From Pirellulaceae bacterium (lineage in GTDB: Bacteria > Planctomycetota > Planctomycetia > Pirellulales > Pirellulaceae), in assembly GCA_040901775.1 (NCBI GenBank), contig JBBDYF010000260.1, positions 9,122-73,121 on the forward strand: DNA of 64,000 nucleotides, read 5' to 3'. Below the pieces are notes generated by a model. The model was not told where the DNA came from. It searched no databases and worked only from the letters and a program-made list of their open reading frames with translations. This document shows positions 46,598-56,696 of the stretch, one piece after another. The translations under genes and the position numbers were made by a program. Each line of letters begins with the position of its first letter. Position 1 is the stretch's first letter.

Positions 46598-49567
46598 CTA
46601 CGGCAGCGAAATCTCAACCGGTGCCGGCAGCGGCGCCTCGCCGGCAGGCTGCCGCGGCAAGCCTTCGATCCGCGGCAACCCATGCATCCGCGGCAGACCG
46701 TTCGCGGCTGGCGGCATTGCATCTAGGTGAGCCGGCATCGGCTCGCCCGGCGGCACCTCTTCGGCCTGGTGCCCTGGGTGGTTTGGCAACACTTCGGCGG
46801 GCGTCACTTCGTGCGGTATCGGCAGGGGGCATTCCGCGCCGCCGGTTTTCCAGAGCCAGGGATCGTATTGGCCGTAGTCCTCGCCGATACGGCCCGGATC
46901 GATCCACAGCCCCTCGCTGTCGAGCTGCATGGTGCCCAGATCCAGGTCGAGTCCGCGGCGGAGCACCTCGTAGTTCACCCAGATGCCCAAAAAGCCGTTT
47001 TGAGCGGTCAACAGATCCGAGAGGGCCGACACCGAGTCGCGGGCCGCCGTCACGCCCGCGCCCTGATTGCTCAGCTCGCTGTTGATCCGGATGTCTTCGT
47101 TCCGATCGATCTGCTGGGCGGCGATCAGGACCGCTTGCCGTTGCAGCTCAAAATTGATCTGGTTGGCCAGAATCGTCCGCAACTCGCTGCGCAAGGCGCG
47201 GGCCACGTTGTCCTCGAAGTTGTAATAGCTGCGGCGGGCCTGCTGGTACTCGATCAGGGACTGGCGATAGGTATTCCGTTCGGCGACCCGCGTGAGCGGG
47301 GCGTCGAACTGCACGCCGACCCGCAGCCGGCCCGTGTCGCTGTTCAGGCTGAAGGGGTTGTTGGAATCGGCATTGCCGATGTCGCCGCTGAAGAACACGT
47401 CGAGCGTGCTTTGCAACTGGTCGGCGTTGAACTGGATCAGCCGCCACGAATCGACGAGTGCGGCCCGCGCATTCATCCAGTCGCGGCGATATTTGCGGGC
47501 CACTTCCAAGGCCCGTTCCGCCTCGATCTCGATCGCGCTCAGCTCGATCGCCTCGCTGCGGGCTCGCGCCTGCAAAAGCTGGAGCGCCAGGACGTCGGCC
47601 GGCAACACCGCCAAGATGTCCGTCAGCGTCTCGGCACCCGGCTCGGTCGCCTGCTTGGGGTAGAGGACTCCCACGTACAGCTCCGCAAACAGGCGTTCCG
47701 GCGTCCAAGTTCTCCCTTCCGCGATGATTTGATCGATTCTTCCTTCCCGCCGATTGAGGTGGGCCTCGTAGTCGCCCTCGATCTTGCCCGCAAGCGCGTC
47801 GAACTGCGACCGCGCGTACTGCAGTGATTCGTCGAGCCGCCCGGCGCGGAAGACTTCCTCGTTGATGTCGGGGACCGGCAACAGCGGGCAGGGATCGTTG
47901 CGTTCTTCCTCTAAAGTGCCGCGGAGGTTCGCCAACCACTCTTTGCGGCGCGGCATCGCCTCCTCGAAGCGGGTCAGGTCCGCTTCGATCGTCGGCAAGT
48001 ATTGCGTGAGCAACGACTCGCGGACCTCTCGCAGCGGTGCGATCCGGGCCTTGAGTTCGGCCAGATCCTGTTCGAGTTCCGGGTACCACTCCAACACGCG
48101 CACGACGCGCGAGCGGGTCGGATCGGCCGGATCGGGCAGCGTCTCGGTTCGGACGTGCGACACGATCCGCAGCCGAACCTCGCCAAAGTCGGACACGATC
48201 CGTTCCACGATCCGCTGTTGCTCGACGGTGGCCCGGTCGATCAGTTGGAACTGATCCAGCAAATCGTCCGAAACCTCCAGGCATAACTGAGGCGGCAGGC
48301 CGAGCGTCGATTTGAACGTGTCGAGCGTCGCCTGGTAGGAATTCCGCGAGGTAATCAGGTCGCTCTCGGCGCTCAGCAACGCCTGACGAGCTTGCGCGAC
48401 CTGTAAGTCCTGCGTCAAGATTTGCGATACCAGCCCCACTTCGCCCGAGCGCGTCCGCAACTCAACCAGGAACTCCTCCAACCGGATCAGGTTCGACCGC
48501 TGCCGATCGACGTTGTCTTCGGCGTTGCGAATCTGTTGCTGGTCCTGCAATAGGCCCAGGTACCCGCCGGCTTGCGCGGCGCCGCCGCCGGCGGCAAAGC
48601 CTGCTCCTCCGCCCCCCAGGCCGCCGAAGCCGCCGCCACCCACGCCGGTGAACCCTTCCAGGCCCGAGCCGATGACCCCGCCCCGGCGATTGGGGCCGGC
48701 GCCCGCGTCGCGGCCGGTCGTAATCTCCAAATAAAAGCCCTGCCGGTACTGTTCCATCGCCCGGACGTTGGACAGCAGCCCCCGCTCGGAAACGGTCAGG
48801 CGTTCGAGCACCCGGTCGCGGCCCGCATTGCGCAACAGCGGCTGGAAGAGGGCGAAGTCGATCAGCGTGTTGGCGCTATAGTCGTCGGGGCCGGAGAGCT
48901 GCCAGACCAGCGAATTGGCAAACCCGACGACCAGGTCGCCGCCGGTGGTGAACAGTCTTTGCAGAGCAATATCGCGTCGGCCGCGCGAAAAAGTGTTCGC
49001 TTCCAGTGTACTCCGCGACTCGCCGCCGCCGCGGATGCGACCGTCGGCCGTATAAAACACTTCGTAACCGGCGAAGCCTTGCACGTCGAAGCGGAATCGT
49101 TCGAAGCTCACGTCGAGAGCCGAGAGATACAGCTCTTCCAGATTCTGCTGATAATCGGGCGAGTTCAAGAGCGCCACGCGAACCGCGTCTTCCTCGCCGA
49201 GCACGACCTGCCCCTGGGCGTTCATTTCCAAATAGGCGGGCCAGGCGGCATTTTCGACGTGCGGCGTATCTCCGTTGTCGTGCCAGAAGGGCCAGCCGCG
49301 CTTGTTGTCGACGCAGTGCATCAGCTCGTGCGCGGTCGGATCGTCGGGCGGCATCGGCGGACAATCGGCGGCATACGGATCGAACATTCGCGAACGCGGA
49401 TCGACCGCGATCGTAAAGTCGTCGATCGCCCAATGGGGATGGTTCGACTTCTCGCTGACCAGATCGTAGGCGGCTCGATCGGCCTGGCGGCGATAAAACG
49501 CGCGGTTGCATCCGGAACCCAGACACAATGCCGCGGCCAACAAGAACAGCGTCGTCGAATTCTTCAT
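46598..49567 (-). CDS. TolC-like outer membrane factor paralog (989 aa) with Gly-rich insertion and long N-terminal extension
   Basis: Lipobox LCLGSGC; N-terminal region paralogous to the 7858 gene (DPYAADCPPMPPDDP versus DPFSPDCPPKPPDDP); OEP repeats; Gly-rich GGGGFGGLGGGGAGFAAGGG insert; start overlaps the MarR stop (ATGA). Confidence 0.75.
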   Translation of the reverse strand: MKNSTTLFLLAAALCLGSGCNRAFYRRQADRAAYDLVSEKSNHPHWAIDDFTIAVDPRSRMFDPYAADCPPMPPDDPTAHELMHCVDNKRGWPFWHDNGDTPHVENAAWPAYLEMNAQGQVVLGEEDAVRVALLNSPDYQQNLEELYLSALDVSFERFRFDVQGFAGYEVFYTADGRIRGGGESRSTLEANTFSRGRRDIALQRLFTTGGDLVVGFANSLVWQLSGPDDYSANTLIDFALFQPLLRNAGRDRVLERLTVSERGLLSNVRAMEQYRQGFYLEITTGRDAGAGPNRRGGVIGSGLEGFTGVGGGGFGGLGGGGAGFAAGGGAAQAGGYLGLLQDQQQIRNAEDNVDRQRSNLIRLEEFLVELRTRSGEVGLVSQILTQDLQVAQARQALLSAESDLITSRNSYQATLDTFKSTLGLPPQLCLEVSDDLLDQFQLIDRATVEQQRIVERIVSDFGEVRLRIVSHVRTETLPDPADPTRSRVVRVLEWYPELEQDLAELKARIAPLREVRESLLTQYLPTIEADLTRFEEAMPRRKEWLANLRGTLEEERNDPCPLLPVPDINEEVFRAGRLDESLQYARSQFDALAGKIEGDYEAHLNRREGRIDQIIAEGRTWTPERLFAELYVGVLYPKQATEPGAETLTDILAVLPADVLALQLLQARARSEAIELSAIEIEAERALEVARKYRRDWMNARAALVDSWRLIQFNADQLQSTLDVFFSGDIGNADSNNPFSLNSDTGRLRVGVQFDAPLTRVAERNTYRQSLIEYQQARRSYYNFEDNVARALRSELRTILANQINFELQRQAVLIAAQQIDRNEDIRINSELSNQGAGVTAARDSVSALSDLLTAQNGFLGIWVNYEVLRRGLDLDLGTMQLDSEGLWIDPGRIGEDYGQYDPWLWKTGGAECPLPIPHEVTPAEVLPNHPGHQAEEVPPGEPMPAHLDAMPPAANGLPRMHGLPRIEGLPRQPAGEAPLPAPVEISLP

Positions 49568-50127
49568 GCTGCATCCCGTCCTTTCTTCACTACATCGTCA
49601 GCCGAGGGAGCGGCAAAGATTCGCAGGTTCGACACGCTAGGGTCCCTCCCCGTTGCCCAGGCCAGGCGATCACACAGGTCGCAAACGGCCGACTGCTCCG
49701 CGGGCGAAACCTGGCGATCCAGTTCGGCCGCCAGCGAAACGAGCAGCGGGCGAACTTGTGCCAGCAGGGCCCGACCCCCCACGGTCGCCTGCCAGACCTG
49801 CCGGCGTCGATCGACGCTCGAGCGATGAACGTCGATCAGCCCCAGGCGGCGCAGGCGTTCGGCCGTGCCGCTCATCTGGGCCGGCGACACGCCGACGGCC
49901 GTTGCCAGGTCTCCCTGCACCATTCCTTGGGCCGACGATTCGGCGCACAGCCAGATCACCAGCAGTTCGGCGTCGGACAAGTCGATGCGCGCGGCCTGTT
50001 CGGCCAACAAGCGGCGCAGCGCGCGGCCCGCGTGACTGGTGCGATGCACCAGCCGCAACAGTCGCTCGTCGCTCGCCGGCAGCGCGTCGCCGGGACCGGG
50101 AGCAGGGGGTTTGGACGATGCCAGCAT
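49564..50127 (-). CDS. MarR-family transcriptional regulator (longest ORF reaches 50343; ATG at 50127 preferred)
   Basis: Winged-helix region LSDAELLVIWLC...QGDLATAVGVSPAQMSGTAERLRRLGLIDVHRSSVDRRRQVWQAT. Confidence 0.7.
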   Translation of the reverse strand: MLASSKPPAPGPGDALPASDERLLRLVHRTSHAGRALRRLLAEQAARIDLSDAELLVIWLCAESSAQGMVQGDLATAVGVSPAQMSGTAERLRRLGLIDVHRSSVDRRRQVWQATVGGRALLAQVRPLLVSLAAELDRQVSPAEQSAVCDLCDRLAWATGRDPSVSNLRIFAAPSADDVVKKGRDAA

Positions 50128-50332
50128 AGAAGTGACTAACCTCGAACGATCAACGGATGTGGATTCGCAATAGAAAGATTCGGGCGTTAACCGTTCCGAC
50201 TTGAACGATCCTGCCAACTCTGTCGATTGGGCCGATCCTGCCGCCGCTAGCACCCGCGGCCGCTGGTCGCCGGGAACGATGCCGCATAGAATGCCGCAAA
50301 CGGTTGCTCCGCCATTACTTAGGGACCAGAAC

Positions 50333-50764
50333 ATGGACCGCACACCCCTCGATCGACGCGATTTTCACAAGCTGACGGCTGCCGCCCTGGGAGGTCTGGC
50401 CGCGGGGACGGTTCTCGGCTGCGGAGGGGAACCGGCCGCCGCACCAACCGTGACGGCTGCCGCTGCGGACGTTCACCTGTGCCGCGGTTTGAACGAGTGC
50501 AAAGGCCAAGGTCAGGCAGGAGAGAACGCCTGCCGCGGACAGGGGGCGTGCGCCACGGCGAAAGAGCACACATGCGCCGGTCAGAACGAGTGCAAGGGAC
50601 TCGGCGGGTGCGGCGCCAGCGTCGGCGTCAACGACTGCAAGGGCCAGGGGGGATGCAGCGTGCCGCTGATGGACGACGCGTGGAAAACGCTGCGCGAAAA
50701 GAAAGAGGCCGAATGGACCGGCAAAGAGCTGGAGTCGGGCCCCGCTCCGGCGAAAGCGCCATGA
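50333..50764 (+). CDS. Cys-rich bufferin-like RiPP precursor (DUF2282-like) with Tat-type signal and lipobox
   Basis: [32 protein letters not shown] signal; core with 9 Cys in repeated CxGxG/CAGQ motifs ([61 protein letters not shown]) and ...DDAWKTL... resembling DUF2282 ...HSCAGQ.../...NAWK... motifs; stop overlaps the MNIO start (ATGA). Confidence 0.6.
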   Translation: MDRTPLDRRDFHKLTAAALGGLAAGTVLGCGGEPAAAPTVTAAAADVHLCRGLNECKGQGQAGENACRGQGACATAKEHTCAGQNECKGLGGCGASVGVNDCKGQGGCSVPLMDDAWKTLREKKEAEWTGKELESGPAPAKAP

Positions 50765-51684
50765 CGGCGGCCCGGCTGGGTCACGAGAACCTCGGCCTGG
50801 GGATTGGCCTGCGGAGCGTTCACTTCGGGCACATCCTTCGGCATTGGCCCCGGCTCGACTGGTTCGAGATATTGTCGGAGAACTTCCTCGATTCGCAAGG
50901 CCGCCCGCGACACGTCCTGCGGCAAATTGCCGAGCGCTACCCGGTGGTGATGCACGGCGTCTCGCTTTCGATCGGCAGCACCGATCCACTCGACTTCGAA
51001 TACCTGGGCAAGCTCAAGCGGCTGGCGGGCGAGGTGCGGGCCGCTTGGATTTCGGACCACCTTTGCTGGACCGGTGTCGCGGGCCGCAACTCGCACGATC
51101 TTTTGCCGCTTCCCCTGCACGAAGCTTCCCTGCGGCATGTGATCGAGCGGGTGCGGATCGTGCAGGATTTTCTGGAGCGGCCCCTCGTTCTGGAAAACCC
51201 CAGTTCGTACGTCACCTTCGCCGATTCGACGATGCCCGAATGGGAGTTTCTGTCGCGCGTGGCGGACGAGGCCGATTGCGGCCTTTTGCTGGATGTCAAC
51301 AACGTCTATGTCAGCAGCCGCAATCACGACTTCGATGCCGCGGAATACCTGCGAGCAATCCCGCATCGTCGCGTGGTGCAGTTCCACCTGGCGGGCCACA
51401 CCGACCTGGGAACCCACTGCATCGACACGCACGACGGGCGAGTCGTCGATCCGGTCTGGCAACTGTATCGGCTGGCGCACGAACTGACCGGCGGCGCGGC
51501 GACGCTGCTGGAATGGGACGCCCGCATTCCCGCTTTCGACGAGGTTCACGCCGAAGTGCTCAAGGCCCGGCAGTGGATCGGCGCAGGCGAGCCGCTTGTT
51601 TCGGCCGTGGCAACGGGTTCCAGCCTGGCCAATGCCGCCGCGATTCCTCATCCGGCCAGCCTCGTACGGGTCGAGGTGGCGTGA
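50761..51684 (+). CDS. MNIO (DUF692/UPF0276) multinuclear non-heme iron oxidase, BufB-like
   Basis: [16 protein letters not shown]...[10 protein letters not shown]...[18 protein letters not shown]...DHLCWTG...LENPSSYV...[10 protein letters not shown]...VVQFHLAGH: TIM-barrel DUF692 signature across the length. Confidence 0.85.
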   Translation: MTAARLGHENLGLGIGLRSVHFGHILRHWPRLDWFEILSENFLDSQGRPRHVLRQIAERYPVVMHGVSLSIGSTDPLDFEYLGKLKRLAGEVRAAWISDHLCWTGVAGRNSHDLLPLPLHEASLRHVIERVRIVQDFLERPLVLENPSSYVTFADSTMPEWEFLSRVADEADCGLLLDVNNVYVSSRNHDFDAAEYLRAIPHRRVVQFHLAGHTDLGTHCIDTHDGRVVDPVWQLYRLAHELTGGAATLLEWDARIPAFDEVHAEVLKARQWIGAGEPLVSAVATGSSLANAAAIPHPASLVRVEVA

Positions 51685-51686
51685 CC

Positions 51687-52505
51687 ATGCCCTTCTCGCT
51701 CGACGAGTTTCAGCGGCGAATGCTGGCGGCGATCGCCGATCCATCGGCGCCGCATTCAGGCACGGAAAACGCTCGCCAATCGTTCGAGCACACGATCTTG
51801 CCAAGCCAGCAGCAGACCGCCGCCGAGCGTTTGAACGTTTACGCTAGTGCCTACGTCGCGCGGCTGCTCGAAGTGCTCCGCGAGTTGTTTCCCTGCTTGC
51901 GATTTGCCTTGGGGGACGAGCTGTTCGATCCATTTGCCCGCGAATACTTGCAAGCGCATCCGCCGCAAAGCTACACGCTGCACCACTTGGCGGATCACTT
52001 TCCGGGCTGGCTTCACACCACTCGTCCGGCCGAACAGGGCTGGGCCGATTTCGTCGTCGATCTGGCCCGGCTGGAACAGGCCATCGACCAGGTGTTCGAC
52101 GGCCCGGGGCCCGAAGAGTCGCCTCCCTTCGCGCTGCCTGAAGCCTTAACCGCCGACCACGACCTGCGGCTGCGGCTGGTCCCTGGCTTTCGGCTGCTGA
52201 AGTTTGAGTACCCCGTCAGCAGTTACTACACCGCTTGGAAGGCGGGCGAGCAACCGGGCTGGCCCGCGGCCGACGAGCAGTTCGTCGCTCTACTCCGCCG
52301 CGACTACGTCGTGCGACGCTACGAACTTTCAGCAGCCGAGTGCGCGCTGCTCGGTCAGCTTGCCGCCGGGCGAACGCTGCACGAAGCGCTCGCAGTTCTG
52401 ACCGGCGGATCGTCAACTCCAAACGATCTTGTTCGCGAACTGCAGCGCTGGTTTACCCGTTGGACCGCCGAGCGGTTCTTCGCTGCGGCGGAGCTTGTTA
52501 CTTGA
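51687..52505 (+). CDS. DUF2063-family partner protein (BufC-like)
   Basis: MPFSLDEFQRRMLAAIADP...ERLNVYASAYVARLLEVLRELFPCLRFALGDELFDPFAREYLQAHPP: typical DUF2063 N-terminus; start 2 nt after the MNIO stop. Confidence 0.8.
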   Translation: MPFSLDEFQRRMLAAIADPSAPHSGTENARQSFEHTILPSQQQTAAERLNVYASAYVARLLEVLRELFPCLRFALGDELFDPFAREYLQAHPPQSYTLHHLADHFPGWLHTTRPAEQGWADFVVDLARLEQAIDQVFDGPGPEESPPFALPEALTADHDLRLRLVPGFRLLKFEYPVSSYYTAWKAGEQPGWPAADEQFVALLRRDYVVRRYELSAAECALLGQLAAGRTLHEALAVLTGGSSTPNDLVRELQRWFTRWTAERFFAAAELVT

Positions 52506-53526
52506 GAGCTGGATCGTTCAGGCCATCCGCCTGTCGGTACAGACCGGTCGGGATGAGCTGTTCGGGCTCGACCGGCTCGCCGTTGAAGTAGGCCAGAATC
52601 GACTGGGCCGTCTTGATTCCGATCTGGTCGGGATACTGGATCGGATCGGCGTATATCTTGCCGTCGCGGATCGCTTGTTTGCCGAAGTCCTGGCCGTCGA
52701 ACCCGACAATTTTTACTTGATCGGCCTGGCCCGCTTTTTCCAAGGCGTCGCGGGCACCCAGCGCCGAAGGGTCGTTGATGGCAAAGATGCCCGCCAGCGT
52801 GGGATGGGCCTGCAGCGCGTCCTCGGCCGCCTTGTAGCCCTTGTCGCGGGCACCATCCCCCGGCAGTTCCGCCACGATCTCGACCTGGCCGCTGGCCAGG
52901 CGCGCGTTGTGCTTGTCGATCACTTCCTTGAAACCTTGCACTCGCAACAGGCACGACTCGGCCGCTTTGTAGTCGAGAATGACCACCTGCCCGCCCGCTT
53001 CGCCCAAGGCTTCGATCATCGCCTCTCCCGCGAGGCGGCCGCCCCCCAGATTGTCGGTGGCAATGTGCGAGACCACCTGGGCATCGGGCGCCAGGCAGGC
53101 AATGTCGGCGGTGAATACCGGGATGCCCGCCGCGTTAGCCTCTTGAATGACCGGGCCGATTCCCCGGCTGTCGCACGGGCAGAGCACAATCGCCGCCGCC
53201 TTGGCGACAATAAAATCGCGCACCTGCCGCTGCTGGGTCGCCACGTCGAACTCGCCGCTGACGACGATCGTTTTATAGCCCGCCTTTGCCAACTCGGCCT
53301 CGATGTTGTCGCCGATCTCCTTGAAAAAGGGATTCGTCAGCGTCAGCACGGAAACGCCAACGGTCCCCTTCGATTCGCCCGCGGGCGCTGCGTTCGCGGC
53401 ATTTTCAGATTCCACGCGGTTGACGGCGCTTCCCGCGTCTGGCTGGCTGGATGTCGAACATCCGGTCATTAGCGCGGCTACAAGCAGCGTCAGAGGGCGC
53501 GACGGCCAAGTTGGACGAGTCTTCAT
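52498..53526 (-). CDS. Periplasmic sugar-binding lipoprotein (type I periplasmic binding protein, RbsB-like)
   Basis: Lipoprotein signal MKTRPTWPSRPLTLLVAALMTGCS; type I periplasmic-binding fold (TVGVSVLTLTNPFFKEIGDNIEAELAKAGYKTIVVSGEFD...); no permease or ATPase genes adjacent. Confidence 0.75.
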   Translation of the reverse strand: MKTRPTWPSRPLTLLVAALMTGCSTSSQPDAGSAVNRVESENAANAAPAGESKGTVGVSVLTLTNPFFKEIGDNIEAELAKAGYKTIVVSGEFDVATQQRQVRDFIVAKAAAIVLCPCDSRGIGPVIQEANAAGIPVFTADIACLAPDAQVVSHIATDNLGGGRLAGEAMIEALGEAGGQVVILDYKAAESCLLRVQGFKEVIDKHNARLASGQVEIVAELPGDGARDKGYKAAEDALQAHPTLAGIFAINDPSALGARDALEKAGQADQVKIVGFDGQDFGKQAIRDGKIYADPIQYPDQIGIKTAQSILAYFNGEPVEPEQLIPTGLYRQADGLNDPALK

Positions 53527-53704
53527 TTGTTTTCCGCTGCGAGAAGGAAAAAGAAGTGGCTGCTCATCGTACCGCGCGGCCGGCAGCGCGGCAGCCGAAT
53601 TTGCTCGCTTCGCGCGGCAAGGGCTGGTAGGATTTCGCGCGTCCCAGCCACCTACTGCCAGGTTTCCAACCCTAACGATTGCCTGCCCACCGGAGGAACT
53701 TGCC

Positions 53705-55018
53705 ATGCCCGAAGTGTCGCGCCGGAATTTTCTGAACGCTTCGGCTGGACTGGTAACCGCCGCCACGCTGGCCGCAGCGACGAAGCTGAGCGCCGCGGCG
53801 CAAGGCGACCCACTCAACGTGGCCGTCATTGGCCCCGGCGGTATGGGAACGAACCACTTGAAGTTGCTGGCGGTTCGCAAAGACGTGCGCGTCACGCACG
53901 TTTGCGATGTGGACGCCAACCGCCTGGCCTCGGCTGCCAAGCATATCGAACAGAGCGGCGGCAAAGCGAAAGCAGTCAAAGACCTGCGGCACGTACTCGA
54001 CGACAAGTCGGTCGAGGCGGTCTGGATTGCCACTCCCGACCATTGGCACGCACCGGCGGCGCTATTGGCCGTCGAAGCGGGCAAGCACGTTTATGTCGAG
54101 AAGCCCGTGTCGCACAACATTCGCGAAGGGCGGCTGCTGATCGAAGCGGCCCGCAAGCACAACCGCGTGGTGCAAGTGGGGACGCAAAGCCGCTCGACCG
54201 GCCATGTGCGGCGGGTGATCGAAATTTTGCGCTCCGGCGAGATCGGCGACGTGCTGGTCGCCAAGGCCTGGAACAGCCAACTCCGCGGCAACATCGGGCA
54301 CCAGCAACCGAGCGCGCCGCCGGACTATCTCGACTTTGACCTGTGGCTCGGCCCCGCGCCCGAGCGGAAATATCAGTCGAACCTGTTGCACTCGATCTGG
54401 CGATGGTGGTACGACTTTGGCGCCGGAGACATGGGGAACGACGGCGTCCACAACATCGACATCGCCCGCTGGGGGCTGGGCGTCACCACGTCGCCATCGT
54501 CGGTCGCCGCGCTGGGCAGTAAATTTTTCTTCGACGACGACCAGCAATTTCCCGACACGCAGTACTGCGTTTTCGAGTGGCCAGGGGGTGGCCAGTTCGG
54601 CAGCCAGCGGCAGCTCATTTTCGAGCAGCGGACCTGGTCGCCTTACGTGCAAGAGGGATACGAAAATGGCAACGCCTTCTATGGCACCAAGGGGATGCTG
54701 GTGATGGGCCACACCAGCGGCTTCCAGGTCTTCGGACCGCGCAACAAAGCGGGCGAAAAGGGAAGTGGCTCGCCCGACCTGCCGGCCCATCACCAGGACT
54801 TTTTGAACTGCGTTCGCAACGGTGGTCGGCCCCAGGCCGACATCGAGGAAGGGCACCTTTCGGCCACGTTGGTCCACTTGGGCAATATCGCCTGCCGCAC
54901 GCGGCAGACGTTGCAGTTCGATCCGCAGGCCGAAACGATTGCCGGCGGCGGCGAAGCTGCGAGCCTCGTCCGCCGCACGTATCGCGCGGGGCACTGGGCG
55001 GTTCCCAAGGGCGCCTGA
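53705..55018 (+). CDS. Gfo/Idh/MocA-family oxidoreductase with Tat signal
   Basis: SRRNFLNASAGLVTAATLAAA Tat motif; Rossmann LNVAVIGPGGMGTNHL; EKP motif (HVYVEKPVSHN). Confidence 0.85.
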   Translation: MPEVSRRNFLNASAGLVTAATLAAATKLSAAAQGDPLNVAVIGPGGMGTNHLKLLAVRKDVRVTHVCDVDANRLASAAKHIEQSGGKAKAVKDLRHVLDDKSVEAVWIATPDHWHAPAALLAVEAGKHVYVEKPVSHNIREGRLLIEAARKHNRVVQVGTQSRSTGHVRRVIEILRSGEIGDVLVAKAWNSQLRGNIGHQQPSAPPDYLDFDLWLGPAPERKYQSNLLHSIWRWWYDFGAGDMGNDGVHNIDIARWGLGVTTSPSSVAALGSKFFFDDDQQFPDTQYCVFEWPGGGQFGSQRQLIFEQRTWSPYVQEGYENGNAFYGTKGMLVMGHTSGFQVFGPRNKAGEKGSGSPDLPAHHQDFLNCVRNGGRPQADIEEGHLSATLVHLGNIACRTRQTLQFDPQAETIAGGGEAASLVRRTYRAGHWAVPKGA

Positions 55019-55025
55019 CCCGCGA

Positions 55026-56648
55026 TTACGTCTTTGCTTTTGCCGGCGCGCCGCCGTTGCTCGAAACGGTGGCAGCCGGGGGCGTGCTGCTCATGGGCTC
55101 GGTCCCTAGCTTGACGAGCGAATCCGGCAGCTCGATGCCACCGATGTCGCGCATCACCTGCATCATCGGCGGCAAGGTTTTGGCCATGCCGCTGAGAAAG
55201 TCGGCGGTCGAGCTGCGGCCGTTTGCTCCGCCGTTTTCCCAGACCACGATCTTGTCGAACTTGATGTTCGAGATGGCGCGGGCCGAGGCATCGGCCAGGT
55301 TGTCGAGGTGTTCGAGCATCAACATCTGAAACGCCTGAGTCGCGCCGCCGCAGGCGTTGACGATCTGCTTCAGGCCGTCCCCCTTCTTGGCCATGATCTC
55401 GTACTGGCCGCGGGCCTCGGCTTCGAGCTTGAGAAAAATTGCGTCGGCCTGGGCCTGGGCCGCGATCCTGACCGTTTGCGCCGCCGCTTCGGCATCGACG
55501 ATTTGCCGGGCCTTTTGGGCTTTGGCGGGAGCTTCGAGCTGAGCTCGCTGCTCGGCTTCGACCCGTTCGGCGTCGGCCAAGGCCGCCTTGGCCAGGGCGT
55601 AATTCTGGATCTCCATGACCGCCGCCTCGGCCTGCTTGCGACGACCTTCGCCCCGCTCGTAGGCTTCGGCCTTTTTGATGGCCAGCTCGGCTTGCGAACC
55701 GGCCACACGGGCCGCCGCCTGGTTTTCGCCGTCGATGGCGCCGGCGTCGGCTTCGGCCACCTGCACGCGCATCGCCTGTTCGGCCAACTTGACTTGGGCT
55801 TCCTTCTCGAACGAAGCGGTCTGCTCGCCGACCGACTGCTCTTTCTCTAGCGTGGCGATCCGCACCGCTTGTTCGCGCTGGGCTTCGCGGGTGCCGATCG
55901 ACTGCTCTTTGCGGGCGTTGGCCACCTGGATCGACTTGTCGCGCTCGGCGCCGGCCACGCGCGTTTCGCCCATCTTCTCGTTGTCGGCCACGTCGCCGCG
56001 GGCAAGCTGAATCGCCAGCGATGCCGCCTTCTGGCCGATTGCGTCGATGTAACCCGACTCGTCCGTCAGGTCCGTGATGTTCACGTTGATCAGTTGCAGG
56101 CCGATCTTGTTGAGTTCCGGCTCGAGCGAATGCTGGATGTGCTCGAGGAACTTATCACGGTCGCGGTTGATCTCTTCGATCCCCATCGAGGCGATCACCT
56201 GGCGCAACTGGCCGAAGATGATTTCTTCCGCCTGCTTGCGAATCTCCGGCACCGCCATACCCAGCAGACGAACCGCCGCGTTCTGCATCACATCCGGCTT
56301 GGTGTCGATCGCCACCGTAAAGACGCTGGGCACGTTGACGCGGATGTTCTCCGACGACAGCGCGCCGCGCAGCGGCACTTCGATCTGAATCGGCTCGAGG
56401 CTGAGATAGGCGTAGTCCTGAATCAACGGCCAAACGAACGCGGCTCCGCCGTGGACGGTGCTGCTCGCCTGTCCCTTGCCGGTGCGGCCGTAGATCACGA
56501 GCACGCGGTTGCTGGGACAGCGTTTGAACTGCTTCACGAACAAGATCAAAAACCCCAGGGTCAGCATCGCCACGAACAGCACGATGACCCCGACGATCAC
56601 GCCGAATTCGGCAATTCCCTGAGCCAGCAGCAACGAGTCAAATAGCAT
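55026..56648 (-). CDS. Flotillin (SPFH/band-7 family, FloT/YqiK-like)
   Basis: N-terminal TM, SPFH domain, long Ala/Glu/Gln-rich coiled-coil repeats (AEAD, AEAQ); 540 aa. Confidence 0.85.
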   Translation of the reverse strand: MLFDSLLLAQGIAEFGVIVGVIVLFVAMLTLGFLILFVKQFKRCPSNRVLVIYGRTGKGQASSTVHGGAAFVWPLIQDYAYLSLEPIQIEVPLRGALSSENIRVNVPSVFTVAIDTKPDVMQNAAVRLLGMAVPEIRKQAEEIIFGQLRQVIASMGIEEINRDRDKFLEHIQHSLEPELNKIGLQLINVNITDLTDESGYIDAIGQKAASLAIQLARGDVADNEKMGETRVAGAERDKSIQVANARKEQSIGTREAQREQAVRIATLEKEQSVGEQTASFEKEAQVKLAEQAMRVQVAEADAGAIDGENQAAARVAGSQAELAIKKAEAYERGEGRRKQAEAAVMEIQNYALAKAALADAERVEAEQRAQLEAPAKAQKARQIVDAEAAAQTVRIAAQAQADAIFLKLEAEARGQYEIMAKKGDGLKQIVNACGGATQAFQMLMLEHLDNLADASARAISNIKFDKIVVWENGGANGRSSTADFLSGMAKTLPPMMQVMRDIGGIELPDSLVKLGTEPMSSTPPAATVSSNGGAPAKAKT

Positions 56649-56696
56649 CGCGATCTTCTCCCATGTAACGGTTGCACGAATCGAGTCAATCCAAAC

